Shown here: positions 61,918-64,000 of the stretch, in pieces
Layout: each line of letters starts with the position of its first letter
Numbering within the stretch: position 1 is the first letter of the stretch
DNA from: Paraspadella gotoi
Lineage: Eukaryota > Animalia > Chaetognatha
NCBI GenBank assembly: GCA_051294375.1
Contig: CM119270.1
Coordinates: forward strand, 14,146,179 to 14,210,178
DNA: 64,000 nucleotides
Direction: 5' to 3'
Made by a program: the position numbers and the translations under genes
Notes under the pieces: model-generated
The model's input: the letters and a program-made list of their open reading frames with translations, nothing else
Told to the model about the DNA's origin: nothing
Databases searched by the model: none

Positions 61918-63087
61918 CTTACGACGCGAGGGTTATTGTTTTGTTTCCTCCGTTTCTTCTCTTTTTTCTCTTTTGTTCGATTTTTTTTGGAGACAAAAGA
62001 TGACGAATTGGGAAGGAGAGAAAAAGGAGGAAAAAGAAGGAAAGAAGAATTAATAAAGGAGAAAAAGGAAGGAAAAGAAAGGAAAAGAAAAAGCGAAGAA
62101 AACAGAGAGAATGAAAATAATGAAGAAAGATGAACAAGAAGGAGGAACAAAAATTTAAATTGATAAAAAAATATTGCACACGATACACTTTTTTTTTAAA
62201 AGAGAGAAAATAGTAACGAAGTAAATAAGTGTTGTCTCGTGGACTTTACGAAAAGACGAATCGAATTGATTTTCTTTTGAACATCAATGTGATTCTCTTA
62301 TCACGAACCCCCTTTCCTTTAAACTCCTTTTTTTTAAACCTATTTCTCCTCCTCTTCCTCTTCCTCCTTTTTCTCCCTCTCCTCCGTCATAAACGCCGTT
62401 ACCTCCCTCAAGAAACCAGCGTCCCCGCCGCCGCCGCCTCCGCAGCTGTCTCAACGCCGGCAGCAGCCGCGGCGGAGAACCGCGGCCGCCGCAGCCGACC
62501 GCCGCAAGAACCGAGGATGGGAAAGATCATCAGTCATTTTGGTCAAAGGCCATTATTTTGTATTCAAGTGGCTGCGTCATTTCAATAACAATTCAAATAT
62601 GAATGATGATTCCTTGATGCGAGGAATTTTTTCGGTGGCACCCAAAGGGAAACCACCGGGGAAGGAAAGGAGGGATGGAGGAGAGAAGGAGGTAAGTGGA
62701 GAAGGGAAGAAAGAGGAAAAGGAGAAGAAGAGAAACGAGGAAAGACGGAGAGATAGGAAGGGAGAGGAAAAAGAAAAGGAGGACGATGAGGAGGGAGAAC
62801 GGAAAAGGAGATAAAAAAAAAGGAAGAGAGGACAGAGGGGTGAGAGGGAAAGGAAAAGAGGAAGAGGGAACGGATGTGGTTTGGGAGGATAGGAAAGAGC
62901 GAGGAGGGTAGTATGAAGAAAATAGGAAGAGGAATGATGAAGAAAGATAAAAAATAAGGAAGAAAAGAGGAGGGAGAGAGAAAGGAACAGGGGAAAGTAT
63001 GGCGAAAGTCAAATGCAGGCTGTAGGATTGCCGATTTGGGATCGGGTAAGTTAAGCGTTGGAAAGGTTTCCATGGAATCTTTTTTTT

Positions 63088-63119
<32 letters not shown>

Positions 63120-64000
63120 CGCAAATTCGTTGAGATGCGAATCCGAATTTCGGGCGAATTTATTCTCTCGTTGTTGTTCTTTTGTTGTTCTTTGGTTTTG
63201 TTCTTTTGTCCCGTCCGACGGACGAGCCCTTTTTTTTATTCTCTCTTTTTAGGTTTTCCATTTTATTTCTTGTTCATTTTTCAATCTCCCATTTTTTTTG
63301 ACTTTCCCCTTTCAATGGGTTTTTTTTTAACCCCGGTTATTTCGCCCCGTTTAAATTTTTTTTTCGGTGAAATGTGCCATTTCATTTTTATTTTTAAATC
63401 AGTTTCCTGTTTTGAGTTTTTATATTCTTAATATATCTTTCTTTTAATACATACGTACATTATTTCAAAACATCGTTGTGCCTCTTGTACTGTCCTCCTT
63501 GGCTACACCCACCCGGTCCCACCCATATTGTCCTTCCTTACCCTTACCCTCCACTTTCACCCCTAATTCCCGCCCCCCAATTTTAGCGGTCGCCGCATAT
63601 TTTCTTTTTCTTTGTTCTTTTTTTCTCTTTTTTTTCCATCGGAGGGCGAAATCGCGTCCCATGCATTTATGCGCAGAGATTTTGAGCGGTAGGGGTAAAC
63701 GGGTAGGAGGGGGATCGGGTAGGGGTCATTCGGGGGGGGTCGGGGGTGGCGGGCAGGAGTGACGGTTGGGTGGCGAGTACGACGCGGTTGGTGGGTGGTG
63801 GGCAAGTCCGACCTCCGACACATTGTAAATCCGTAATTTTTTTCGTTTACGAAACTAATTTTATCTTTGATTATATTCGTAGTTCATTATATATTAACAG
63901 AATACAGACTAAAGGAACAATAAAATGAATATTTATCCACACCTTTTGTCGCCTTCATCGCCTTCATCTTTTTCATTTTACATCATCTCAACAATCCCTT

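Overview
Draft, gap-containing genome of an animal, probably an invertebrate: short AT-rich spliceosomal introns, GC-rich exons, many (GA)n/(CT)n microsatellites, many N-gaps and local indel noise. Exon-by-exon reading supports five genes. (1) A Shab/Kv2 voltage-gated K+ channel (+, ~9.0-18.5 kb, probably ending in a large low-complexity exon at 30.0-32.1 kb). (2) A three-exon, ~1734-aa SAMD9-like STAND NTPase (+, 34718-40814). Its N-terminus is a DZIP3-like HEPN RNase domain (RNELGH) followed by a LOTUS-like segment, and its AlbA region looks degenerate; this is the best candidate for an undescribed immune effector. (3) A 24-exon NIT-domain membrane guanylyl cyclase (+, 42015-51583). (4) A FAM78 homologue nested antisense inside one cyclase intron (-, 45302-47430), which the ORF track largely misses. 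(5) The 3' exons of a DMA-domain Dmrt gene (-, 53421-55119), whose DM domain is not visible. Also present: minimal Penelope-type hammerhead ribozymes, tRNA-derived elements, a foldback/MITE element and two probable assembly duplications. Family calls come from remembered motifs, not database searches.
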